Origin: the human T2T-CHM13v2.0 reference genome, Homo sapiens | Reading direction: 5' to 3' (one strand) | Length of the DNA stretch: 64,000 nucleotides | Assembly (NCBI RefSeq): GCF_009914755.1 | Contig: NC_060939.1 | Shown here: positions 25,938-38,904 of the stretch, in pieces | How positions within the stretch are numbered: position 1 is the first letter of the stretch | How the letters are laid out: each line of letters opens with the position of its first letter | The notes under the pieces: generated by a model | Database searches by the model: none | What the model saw: the letters and a program-made list of their open reading frames with translations, nothing else | What the model was told of the DNA's origin: nothing | Translations under genes and position numbers: made by a program

Positions 25938-28900
25938 GTGCATTCATATCACATGGTTGAAACTACCTTTTGGTTGAGCAGTTTTGAATCTCTCTTTTTG
26001 TAACATCTGCAATGGATATTTGGAGCCCTTTGTGGTCTGTGGTGGAAAAGGAACTATCCTCAAATAAAAACTACACAGAAGTATTCCGAGAAACTTCCTT
26101 GTGATGTGTGCATTCATCTCACAGGGTTGAACCTTTGGTTTGATTGAGCAGTTTTGAGACAATCTTTCCATAGAATCTGGAAGTGAATATTTGGAGAACC
26201 TTGAGATCTATTTTGGAGAAGGAGATATCTTTATATGAAAACTGCACAGAAGCATTCTGAGAAACATCTTTGTGAGGTGTGCAATGAAGTCACAGAGTTG
26301 AAACTATGTTTTGATTCAGCAGTTTTGAGTCTCTCTTTTTGCAGAATCTGCGAGTGGATATCTGGAGAACTTGGAGGCCTATTTGGAAAAGGAAATATCT
26401 TCACATATAAACTATGCAGAAGCATTTTGAGATTCTTCTTTGTGAGGTGTGCATTCAACTCACAGAGTTGAACTTATCTTTTCCTTGAGCACTTTCATAT
26501 CTCATTTTCTGTAGAATCTGCAAGTGGATATTTGGAGCTCTTTGCACCCTGTGGTGGAAAGGGAACTATCTTCATATAAAAACTACAAAGAAGCATTCAG
26601 AGAAACTTCTTGTGATGAATGCATTCCTCACACAGAGCTGAAACTTTCTTTTTATGGAGCAGTATTGAAACGCTCTTTTTGCAGAATCACCAAGTGGATA
26701 TTTGGAGAGCTTTGGGGCCTGTTTTGGAAAATGAAATATCTTCAAAGTAAAACTACACAGAACCATTCTGAGAAACTTCTTTATGATGTGTGCATTCAAC
26801 TCTCAGAGTTGAACCTACCTTATGATTGAGCAATTTGGAAACACTCTTTTTGTAGAGCCTGCAAGTGGATATTTAGAACGATTTGAGGCCTATTGTGGAA
26901 AAGCAAATATCTTCACATAAAAACTACACAGAAGCATTCTGAGAAACTTCTTTGGCATGTGTGCATTCAACTAACAGTGTTGAACGTATCTTTTGATTGA
27001 GCAGCTTAGAATCTCTCTTTTTGTAGAAAATGCAAGTAGATATTTGGAGCCCCATTTTGCCCTATGGTAGAAAACAAAACATCTTCACATAAAATCTACA
27101 CAGAAGCATTCTGAGAAACTTCTTTGTGATGTTTGCATTGAACTCCCAGAGTCGAACCTATCTTTTGATAGAGCACTTTTGTATCTCTCTTTTTGCGGAA
27201 TCTGCAAGTGGATATTTGGAAAGCTTGAGGCCTATTGTGAAAAAGGAAATATCTTCACATAAAAACTACAGAGAAGCATTCTGAGAAACTTCTTTGTGAG
27301 GCATGGATTCAACCCACAGAGTTGGACTTATCATTGAGCAGTTTTGAATCTCTCTTTTTGTCGAATCTGCAAGTGGATATTTGGAGCCCTTTGCAACCTA
27401 GGGTGGAAAAGGAAATACCTTCAAATAAAAACTATATAGAAGCATTCCGTAAAACTTCTTTGTGACGTGTGCATTCGTCTCACAGAGTTGAACCTATCTA
27501 ATGATTGAGCGGTTTTGAAACACTCATTTTGTAGAACCTGCAAGTGGATATTGGGAGTACTTTGTGGCCTTCTTTGGAAAAGGGAATATCTTCACATAAA
27601 AACTACAAAGAAGCATTCTGAGAAACTTCTTTGTGATGTGCGCATTCATCTCACAGTGTTGGACGTTTCTTTTGATAGGGCAGTTTTGAAACACTCTTTT
27701 TTTAGAATCTGCAAGTGGATATTTGGAGCGCTTTGAGGCCTAATGTGGAAAATCAAATATCTTCAAATAAAAACTACACAGAGGCATTCTGAGAAACTTC
27801 TTTTTTGTGTGTGCATTCAACTCACATAGTTGAAGTAATCTTTGGATTTAGCTGTTTTGAATCTCCTTTTTGCAGAATCTGCAAGTTGATACTTGGAGCC
27901 CTGTTTCACCCTATAGTGGAAAAGCAAATATCTTCACATAAACAAACCCTACAGAGAAGCATTCAGAGAAAGTCCTTTGTGATGTGTGCATTGAACATGC
28001 AGAGTTGACACTATCTTTTGATTGTACAGTTTTGAATACGTCTTTTTGTAGAATCTGCAAGTGGAAGTTTGGAGCTGTTTGCACCCTGTGGTGTAAAAGG
28101 AAATATCTTCATATAAAAGCTACACAGAAGCATTCAGAAAGACTTCTTTGTGATGAATGCGTTCCTCACACAGAGTTGAATCTTCCTTTTTATTGAGTAG
28201 TATTGAAACCCTCTTTTTGCAGAATAACCAGGTGGATATTTGGAGAGCTTTGAGGCCTGTTTTGGAAAAGCAAATATCTTCAAATTAAAACCACACAGAA
28301 GCATTCTGAGAAGCTTCTTTGTGATGTGTGCATTCAACTCTCAGAGTTCAACGTGTCTTATGATGGAGCAGTTTGGAAACACTCTTTTTTGTAGAAACTG
28401 CAAGTGGATATGTAGAGCGATTTGAGGCCTACTGTGGAAAAGCAAATATCTTCACATAACAACTACACAGAAGCACTCCTAGAAACTTCTTTGTGATGTG
28501 TGAATTCAACTCACAGAGCTGAACCTATCTTTTGATGGAGTAGCTTAGAATCTCTCTTTTTTTAGAATCTGCACGTGGATATTTGGAGCGCTTTGAGACC
28601 TAAAGTGGAAAAGCAAATATCTTCACATAAAATCTACATAGAGGCACTCTAAGAAACTTCTTTTTGATGTGTGCATTCACCTCACAGAGCTGAACCGATC
28701 CTTTGAGTGACCAGTTTTGAATCTCTCTTTTTATACAATCTGCAAGTGGATATTTGGAGCCCTTTGTGGCCTATGGTGGAAAAGGAAATATCTTCAAATA
28801 AAAACTACACAGAAGCATTCTGAGTCCCTATTTTGGAAAAGAAAATATCTTCACTTAAACAACTACGCAGAAATACTGTGAGAAACTTCTTTGTTATGTG

Positions 28901-30259
28901 AGCATTCAACTCACAGAGTTGAACCTATCTTTTGATTGAGCAGTTTTGAATCTCTCATTTTGCAGAATCTGCAAGGGGATATTTGGAGCCCTTTGCGGCC
29001 TATGGTGGAAAAGGAAATACCTTCAAATGAAAAGCACACAGAGGCATTCTGAGAAACTTCCTCGTGATTGTGCATTCAACTCACAGAGTTAAACCTATCT
29101 TATGATTGACCAGTTTTGGAACACTCTTTTCATAGGATCTGCAAGTGGATATTTGGCGTGCTTTGAGGCCTATCGTGGAAAAGCAAATAACTTCAGATAA
29201 AAACTATACAGAAGCATTCTGAGAAACTTCTTTGTGATGTGTGCATTGATCTCACAGAGTTGAAAGTGTATTTTGATTGAGCAGTTTTGAAACACTCTTT
29301 TTGTAGAATCTGCAAGTGGATAATTGGGGAGATTTGAGGTATATTGTGGAAAAGCAAGTATCTTCATATAAAAACTATACAGAAGCTTTCTGAGAAACAT
29401 CTTTGTGAGGTTTGCATTCAACTCACAGAGCTGGAACTATCTTTTGAGTGACCAGTTTTGAATCTCTCTTTTTGTACAATCTGCAAGTGGATATTTGGAG
29501 CGTTTTGAGGCCTACATTTGAAAATCAAATATCTTCCCTTAAAAGCTACACAGAAACATTCTCAGAAATTGTTTGTCATGTGTGCTTTCAAATTACCAAG
29601 TTGAACCTACCTTGTGATTGAGCAGTTTTGAATCTCTCTTTTTGTGGAATCTGCAAGTGGATATTTTTAGCCATTTGCAGACTGTGGTGGAAAAGGAACT
29701 ATCTTCAAATCCATTCTACACAGAAGCATTCAGACAAACTTTTTGTGATGAGTGCATTGGTCACACAGAATTGAACCTCTCCTTTGATTGAGCAATTCTG
29801 AAACACTCTTTCAGAGGGTCTGCAAGTGGATATTTTAGAGCTTTGGGACAATTGTGGAAAAGTAAATATCTTCACATAGAAACTACACGGAAGCATTCTG
29901 AGAAACTTCTTTGGAGGTGTGCATTCAACTCACAGAGTTGAACCTATCTTTTCATTGAGCAGTTTTGAATCTCTCTTTTTGTAGACTCTGCTTGCAGATA
30001 TTTGGAGAGCTTTGAGGCCTATTGTGGAAAAGGAATCATCTTCACATAAAAACACACAGAAGCACTCTGAGAAACTTCTTTGTGAAGTGTGCATTCAACT
30101 CACAGAGTTGAACCTATCTTTTGATTGAGAAGCTTTGAATCTCTCTTTTTGTAGAAGCTGCATGTGGATATTTGGAGACGTTTGTGGCCTATGGTAGAAA
30201 AGGCAATATCTTCAAATAAAAACTAGACAGAAGCATTTTGAGAAATTTCTCTGTGCTGT
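25938..30259 (+). repeat. HOR copy 7 (4322 bp)
   Basis: T6; same diagnostic variants as copy 4 plus 28704, 28767, 29679, 29699. Confidence 0.97.
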
Positions 30260-33200
30260 GTGCATTCATATCACATGGTTGAAACTACCTTTTGGTTGAG
30301 CAGTTTTGAATCTCTCTTTTTGTAACATCTGCAATGGATATTTGGAGCCCTTTGTGGTCTGTGGTGGAAAAGGAACTATCCTCAAATAAAAACTACACAG
30401 AAGTATTCCGAGAAACTTCCTTGTGATGTGTGCATTCATCTCACAGGGTTGAACCTTTGGTTTGATTGAGCAGTTTTGAGACAATCTTTCCATAGAATCT
30501 GGAAGTGAATATTTGGAGAACCTTGAGATCTATTTTGGAGAAGGAGATATCTTTATATGAAAACTGCACAGAAGCATTCTGAGAAACATCTTTGTGAGGT
30601 GTGCAATGAAGTCACAGAGTTGAAACTATGTTTTGATTCAGCAGTTTTGAGTCTCTCTTTTTGCAGAATCTGCGAGTGGATATCTGGAGAACTTGGAGGC
30701 CTATTTGGAAAAGGAAATATCTTCACATATAAACTATGCAGAAGCATTTTGAGATTCTTCTTTGTGAGGTGTGCATTCAACTCACAGAGTTGAACTTATC
30801 TTTTCCTTGAGCACTTTCATATCTCATTTTCTGTAGAATCTGCAAGTGGATATTTGGAGCTCTTTGCACCCTGTGGTGGAAAGGGAACTATCTTCATATA
30901 AAAACTACAAAGAAGCATTCAGAGAAACTTCTTGTGATGAATGCATTCCTCACACAGAGCTGAACCTTTCTTTTTATGGAGCAGTATTGAAACGCTCTTT
31001 TTGCAGAATCACCAAGTGGATATTTGGAGAGCTTTGGGGCCTGTTTTGGAAAATGAAATATCTTCAAAGTAAAACTACACAGAACCATTCTGAGAAACTT
31101 CTTTATGATGTGTGCATTCAACTCTCAGAGTTGAACCTACCTTATGATTGAGCAATTTGGAAACACTCTTTTTGTAGAGCCTGCAAGTGGATATTTAGAA
31201 CGATTTGAGGCCTATTGTGGAAAAGCAAATATCTTCACATAAAAACTACACAGAAGCATTCTGAGAAACTTCTTTGGCATGTGTGCATTCAACTAACAGT
31301 GTTGAACGTATCTTTTGATTGAGCAGCTTAGAATCTCTCTTTTTGTAGAAAATGCAAGTAGATATTTGGAGCCCCATTTTGCCCTATGGTAGAAAACAAA
31401 ACATCTTCACATAAAATCTACACAGAAGCATTCTGAGAAACTTCTTTGTGATGTTTGCATTGAACTCCCAGAGTCGAACCTATCTTTTGATAGAGCACTT
31501 TTGTATCTCTCTTTTTGCGGAATCTGCAAGTGGATATTTGGAAAGCTTGAGGCCTATTGTGAAAAAGGAAATATCTTCACATAAAAACTACAGAGAAGCA
31601 TTCTGAGAAACTTCTTTGTGAGGCATGGATTCAACCCACAGAGTTGGACTTATCATTGAGCAGTTTTGAATCTCTCTTTTTGTCGAATCTGCAAGTGGAT
31701 ATTTGGAGCCCTTTGTAACCTAGGGTGGAAAAGGAAATACCTTCAAATAAAAACTATATAGAAGCATTCCGTAAAACTTCTTTGTGACGTGTGCATTCGT
31801 CTCACAGAGTTGAACCTATCTAATGATTGAGCGGTTTTGAAACACTCATTTTGTAGAACCTGCAAGTGGATATTGGGAGTACTTTGTGGCCTTCTTTGGA
31901 AAAGGGAATATCTTCACATAAAAACTACAAAGAAGCATTCTGAGAAACTTCTTTGTGATGTGTGCATTCATCTCACAGTGTTGGACGTTTCTTTTGATAG
32001 GGCAGTTTTGAAACACTCTTTTTCTAGAATCTGCAAGTGGATATTTGGAGCGCTTTGAGGCCTAATGTGGAAAATCAAATATCTTCACATAAAAACTACA
32101 CAGAGGCATTCTGAGAAACTTCTTTTTTGTGTGTGCATTCAACTCACATAGTTGAAGTAATCTTTGGATTTAGCTGTTTTGAATCTCCTTTTTGCAGAAT
32201 CTGCAAGTTGATACTTGGAGCCCTGTTTCACCCTATAGTGGAAAAGCAAATATCTTCACATAAACAAACCCTACAGAGAAGCATTCAGAGAAAGTCCTTT
32301 GTGATGTGTGCATTGAACATGCAGAGTTGACACTATCTTTTGATTGTACAGTTTTGAATACGTCTTTTTGTAGAATCTGCAAGTGGAAGTTTGGAGCTGT
32401 TTGCACCCTGTGGTGTAAAAGGAAATATCTTCATATAAAAGCTACACAGAAGCATTCAGAAAGACTTCTTTGTGATGAATGCGTTCCTCACACAGAGTTG
32501 AATCTTCCTTTTTATTGAGTAGTATTGAAACCCTCTTTTTGCAGAATAACCAGGTGGATATTTGGAGAGCTTTGAGGCCTGTTTTGGAAAAGCAAATATC
32601 TTCAAATTAAAACCACACAGAAGCATTCTGAGAAGCTTCTTTGTGATGTGTGCATTCAACTCTCAGAGTTCAACGTGTCTTATGATGGAGCAGTTTGGAA
32701 ACACTCTTTTTTGTAGAAACTGCAAGTGGATATGTAGAGCGATTTGAGGCCTACTGTGGAAAAGCAAATATCTTCACATAACAACTACACAGAAGCACTC
32801 CTAGAAACTTCTTTGTGATGTGTGAATTCAACTCACAGAGCTGAACCTATCTTTTGATGGAGTAGCTTAGAATCTCTCTTTTTTTAGAATCTGCACGTGG
32901 ATATTTGGAGCGCTTTGAGACCTAAAGTGGAAAAGCAAATATCTTCACATAAAATCTACATAGAGGCACTCTAAGAAACTTCTTTTTGATGTGTGCATTC
33001 ACCTCACAGAGCTGAACCGATCCTTCGAGTGACCAGTTTTGAATCTCTCTTTTTATACAATCTGCAAGTGGATATTTGGAGCCCTTTGCGGCCTATGGTG
33101 GAAAAGGAAATATCTTCAAATAAAAACTACACAGAAGCATTCTGAGTCCCTATTTTGGAAAAGAAAATATCTTCACTTAAACAACTACGCAGAAATACTG

Positions 33201-34581
33201 TGAGAAACTTCTTTGTTATGTGAGCATTCAACTCACAGAGTTGAACCTATCTTTTGATTGAGCAGTTTTGAATCTCTCATTTTGCAGAATCTGCAAGGGG
33301 ATATTTGGAGCCCTTTGCGGCCTATGGTGGAAAAGGAAATACCTTCAAATGAAAAGCACACAGAGGCATTCTGAGAAACTTCCTCGTGATTGTGCATTCA
33401 ACTCACAGAGTTAAACCTATCTTATGATTGACCAGTTTTGGAACACTCTTTTCATAGGATCTGCAAGTGGATATTTGGCGTGCTTTGAGGCCTATCGTGG
33501 AAAAGCAAATAACTTCAGATAAAAACTATACAGAAGCATTCTGAGAAACTTCTTTGTGATGTGTGCATTGATCTCACAGAGTTGAAAGTGTATTTTGATT
33601 GAGCAGTTTTGAAACACTCTTTTTGTAGAATCTGCAAGTGGATAATTGGGGAGATTTGAGGTATATTGTGGAAAAGCAAGTATCTTCATATAAAAACTAT
33701 ACAGAAGCTTTCTGAGAAACATCTTTGTGAGGTTTGCATTCAACTCACAGAGCTGGAACTATCTTTTGAGTGACCAGTTTTGAATCTCTCTTTTTGTACA
33801 ATCTGCAAGTGGATATTTGGAGCGTTTTGAGGCCTACATTTGAAAATCAAATATCTTCCCTTAAAAGCTACACAGAAACATTCTCAGAAATTGTTTGTCA
33901 TGTGTGCTTTCAAATTACCAAGTTGAACCTACCTTGTGATTGAGCAGTTTTGAATCTCTCTTTTTGTGGAATCTGCAAGTGGATATTTTTAGCCATTTGC
34001 AGACTGTGGTGGAAAAGGAATTATCTTCAAATCCATTCTACACAGAAGCATTCAGACAAACTTTTTGTGATGAGTGCATTGGTCACACAGAATTGAACCT
34101 CTCCTTTGATTGAGCAATTCTGAAACACTCTTTCAGAGGGTCTGCAAGTGGATATTTTAGAGCTTTGGGACAATTGTGGAAAAGTAAATATCTTCACATA
34201 GAAACTACACGGAAGCATTCTGAGAAACTTCTTTGGAGGTGTGCATTCAACTCACAGAGTTGAACCTATCTTTTCATTGAGCAGTTTTGAATCTCTCTTT
34301 TTGTAGACTCTGCTTGCAGATATTTGGAGAGCTTTGAGGCCTATTGTGGAAAAGGAATCATCTTCACATAAAAACACACAGAAGCACTCTGAGAAACTTC
34401 TTTGTGAAGTGTGCATTCAACTCACAGAGTTGAACCTATCTTTTGATTGAGAAGCTTTGAATCTCTCTTTTTGTAGAAGCTGCATGTGGATATTTGGAGA
34501 CGTTTGTGGCCTATGGTAGAAAAGGCAATATCTTCAAATAAACACTAGACAGAAGCATTTTGAGAAATTTCTCTGTGCTGT
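30260..34581 (+). repeat. HOR copy 8 (4322 bp)
   Basis: T6; variants 31716 T, 34001 A, 34543 C. Confidence 0.97.
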
Positions 34582-37500
34582 GTGCATTCATATCACATGG
34601 TTGAAACTACCTTTTGGTTGAGCAGTTTTGAATCTCTCTTTTTGTAACATCTGCAATGGATATTTGGAGCCCTTTGTGGTCTGTGGTGGAAAAGGAACTA
34701 TCCTCAAATAAAAACTACACAGAAGTATTCCGAGAAACTTCCTTGTGATGTGTGCATTCATCTCACAGGGTTGAACCTTTGGTTTGATTGAGCAGTTTTG
34801 AGACAATCTTTCCATAGAATCTGGAAGTGAATATTTGGAGAACCTTGAGATCTATTTTGGAGAAGGAGATATCTTTATATGAAAACTGCACAGAAGCATT
34901 CTGAGAAACATCTTTGTGAGGTGTGCAATGAAGTCACAGAGTTGAAACTATGTTTTGATTCAGCAGTTTTGAGTCTCTCTTTTTGCAGAATCTGCGAGTG
35001 GATATCTGGAGAACTTGGAGGCCTATTTGGAAAAGGAAATATCTTCACATATAAACTATGCAGAAGCATTTTGAGATTCTTCTTTGTGAGGTGTGCATTC
35101 AACTCACAGAGTTGAACTTATCTTTTCCTTGAGCACTTTCATATCTCATTTTCTGTAGAATCTGCAAGTGGATATTTGGAGCTCTTTGCACCCTGTGGTG
35201 GAAAGGGAACTATCTTCATATAAAAACTACAAAGAAGCATTCAGAGAAACTTCTTGTGATGAATGCAATCCTCACACAGAGCTGAACCTTTCTTTTTATG
35301 GAGCAGTATTGAAACGCTCTTTTTGCAGAATCACCAAGTGGATATTTGGAGAGCTTTGGGGCCTGTTTTGGAAAATGAAATATCTTCAAAGTAAAACTAC
35401 ACAGAACCATTCTGAGAAACTTCTTTATGATGTGTGCATTCAACTCTCACAGTTGAACCTACCTTATGATTGAGCAATTTGGAAACACTCTTTTCGTAGA
35501 GCCTGCAAGTGGATATTTAGAACGATTTGAGGCCTATTGTGGAAAAGCAAATATCTTCACATAAAAACTACACAGAAGCATTCTGAGAAACTTCTTTGGC
35601 ATGTGTGCATTCAACTAACAGTGTTGAACGTATCTTTTGATTGAGCAGCTTAGAATCTCTCTTTTTGTAGAAAATGCAAGTAGATATTTGGAGCCCCATT
35701 TTGCCCTATGGTAGAAAACAAAACATCTTCACATAAAATCTACACAGAAGCATTCTGAGAAACTTCTTTGTGATGTTTGCATTGAACTCCCAGAGTCGAA
35801 CCTATCTTTTGATAGAGCACTTTTGTATCTCTCTTTTTGCGGAATCTGCAAGTGGATATTTGGAAAGCTTGAGGCCTATTGTGAAAAAGGAAATATCTTC
35901 ACATAAAAACTACAGAGAAGCATTCTGAGAAACTTCTTTGTGAGGCATGGATTCAACCCACAGAGTTGGACTTATCATTGAGCAGTTTTGAATCTCTCTT
36001 TTTGTCGAATCTGCAAGTGGATATTTGGAGCCCTTTGCAACCTAGGGTGGAAAAGGAAATACCTTCAAATAAAAACTATATAGAAGCATTCCGTAAAACT
36101 TCTTTGTGATGTGTGCATTCGTCTCACAGAGTTGAACCTATCTAATGATTGAGCGGTTTTGAAACACTCATTTTGTAGAACCTGCAAGTGGATATTGGGA
36201 GTACTTTGTGGCCTTCTTTGGAAAAGGGAATATCTTCACATAAAAACTACAAAGAAGCATTCTGAGAAACTTCTTTGTGATGTGTGCATTCATCGCACAG
36301 TGTTGGACGTTTCTTTTGATAGGGCAGTTTTGAAACACTCTTTTTCTAGAATCTGCAAGTGGATATTTGGAGCGCTTTGAGGCCTAATGTGGAAAATCAA
36401 ATATCTTCACATAAAAACTACACAGAGGCATTCTGAGAAACTTCTTTTTTTGTGTGTGCATTCAACTCACATAGTTGAAGTAATCTTTGGATTTAGCTGT
36501 TTTGAATCTCCTTTTTGCAGAATCTGCAAGTTGATACTTGGAGCCCTGTTTCACCCTATAGTGGAAAAGCAAATATCTTCACATAAACAAACCCTACAGA
36601 GAAGCATTCAGAGAAAGTCCTTTGTGATGTGTGCATTGAACATGCAGAGTTGACACTATCTTTTGATTGTACACATTTGAATACGTCTTTTTGTAGAATC
36701 TGCAAGTGGAAGTTTGGAGCTGTTTGCACCCTGTGGTGTAAAAGGAAATATCTTCATATAAAAGCTACACAGAAGCATTCAGAAAGACTTCTTTGTGATG
36801 AATGCGTTCCTCACACAGAGTTGAATCTTCCTTTTTATTGAGTAGTATTGAAACCCTCTTTTTGCAGAATAACCAGGTGGATATTTGGAGAGCTTTGAGG
36901 CCTGTTTTGGAAAAGCAAATATCTTCAAATTAAAACCACACAGAAGCATTCTGAGAAGCTTCTTTGTGATGTGTGCATTCAACTCTCAGAGTTCAACTTG
37001 TCTTATGATGGAGCAGTTTGGAAACACTCTTTTTTGTAGAAACTGCAAGTTGGTATGTAGAGCGATTTGAGGCCTACTGTGGAAAAGCAAATATCTTCAC
37101 ATAACAACTACACAGAAGCACTCCTAGAAACTTCTTTGTGATGTGTGAATTCAACTCACAGAGCTGAACCTATCTTTTGATGGAGTAGCTTAGAATCTCT
37201 CTTTTTTTAGAATCTGCACGTGGATATTTGGAGCGCTTTGAGACCTAAAGTGGAAAAGCAAATATCTTCACATAAAATCTACATAGAGGCACTCTAAGAA
37301 ACTTCTTTTTGATGTGTGCATTCACCTCACAGAGCTGAACCGATCCTTCGAGTGACCAGTTTTGAATCTCTCTTTTTATACAATCTGCAAGTGGATATTT
37401 GGAGCCCTTTGCGGCCTATGGTGGAAAAGGAAATATCTTCAAATAAAAACTACACAGAAGCATTCTGAGTCCCTATTTTGGAAAAGAAAATATCTTCACT

Positions 37501-38904
37501 TAAACAACTACGCAGAAATACTGTGAGAAACTTCTTTGTTATGTGAGCATTCAACTCACAGAGTTGAACCTATCTTTTGATTGAGCAGTTTTGAATCTCT
37601 CATTTTGCAGAATCTGCAAGGGGATATTTGGAGCCCTTTGCGGCCTATGGTGGAAAAGGAAATACCTTCAAATGAAAAGCACACAGAGGCATTCTGAGAA
37701 ACTTCCTCGTGATTGTGCATTCAACTCACAGAGTTAAACCTATCTTATGATTGACCAGTTTTGGAACACTCTTTTCATAGGATCTGCAAGTGGATATTTG
37801 GCGTGCTTTGAGGCCTATCGTGGAAAAGCAAATAACTTCAGATAAAAACTATACAGAAGCATTCTGAGAAACTTCTTTGTGATGTGTGCATTGATCTCAC
37901 AGAGTTGAAAGTGTATTTTGATTGAGCAGTTTTGAAACACTCTTTTTGTAGAATCTGCAAGTGGATAATTGGGGAGATTTGAGGTATATTGTGGAAAAGC
38001 AAGTATCTTCATATAAAAACTATACAGAAGCTTTCTGAGAAACATCTTTGTGAGGTTTGCATTCAACTCACAGAGCTGGAACTATCTTTTGAGTGACCAG
38101 TTTTGAATCTCTCTTTTTGTACAATCTGCAAGTGGATATTTGGAGCGTTTTGAGGCCTACATTTGAAAATCAAATATCTTCCCTTAAAAGCTACACAGAA
38201 ACATTCTCAGAAATTGTTTGTCATGTGTGCTTTCAAATTACCAAGTTGAACCTACCTTGTGATTGAGCAGTTTTGAATCTCTCTTTTTGTGGAATCTGCA
38301 AGTGGATATTTTTAGCCATTTGCGGACTGTGGTGGAAAACGAATTATCTTCAAATCCATTCTACACAGAAGCATTCAGACAAACTTTTTGTGATGAGTGC
38401 ATTGGTCACACAGAATTGAACCTCTCCTTTGATTGAGCAATTCTGAAACACTCTTTCAGAGGGTCTGCAAGTGGATATTTTAGAGCTTTGGGACAATTGT
38501 GGAAAAGTAAATATCTTCACATAGAAACTACACGGAAGCATTCTGAGAAACTTCTTTGGAGGTGTGCATTCAACTCACAGAGTTGAACCTATCTTTTCAT
38601 TGAGCAGTTTTGAATCTCTCTTTTTGTAGACTCTGCTTGCAGATATTTGGAGAGCTTTGAGGCCTATTGTGGAAAAGGAATCATCTTCACATAAAAACAC
38701 ACAGAAGCACTCTGAGAAACTTCTTTGTGAAGTGTGCATTCAACTCACAGAGTTGAACCTATCTTTTGATTGAGAAGCTTTGAATCTCTCTTTTTGTAGA
38801 AGCTGCATGTGGATATTTGGAGACGTTTGTGGCCTATGGTAGAAAAGGCAATATCTTCAAATAAACACTAGACAGAAGCATTTTGAGAAATTTCTCTGTG
38901 CTGT
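34582..38904 (+). repeat. HOR copy 9 (4323 bp), divergent haplotype
   Basis: T7; about 10 variant sites between 35268 and 38866. Confidence 0.97.

Noticed and set aside
38326-38345. Variant ggaaaaCGaa in copies 9/10 as a gained CENP-B box
   Set aside because: It lacks the TTCG and CGGG elements and is only a new CpG.
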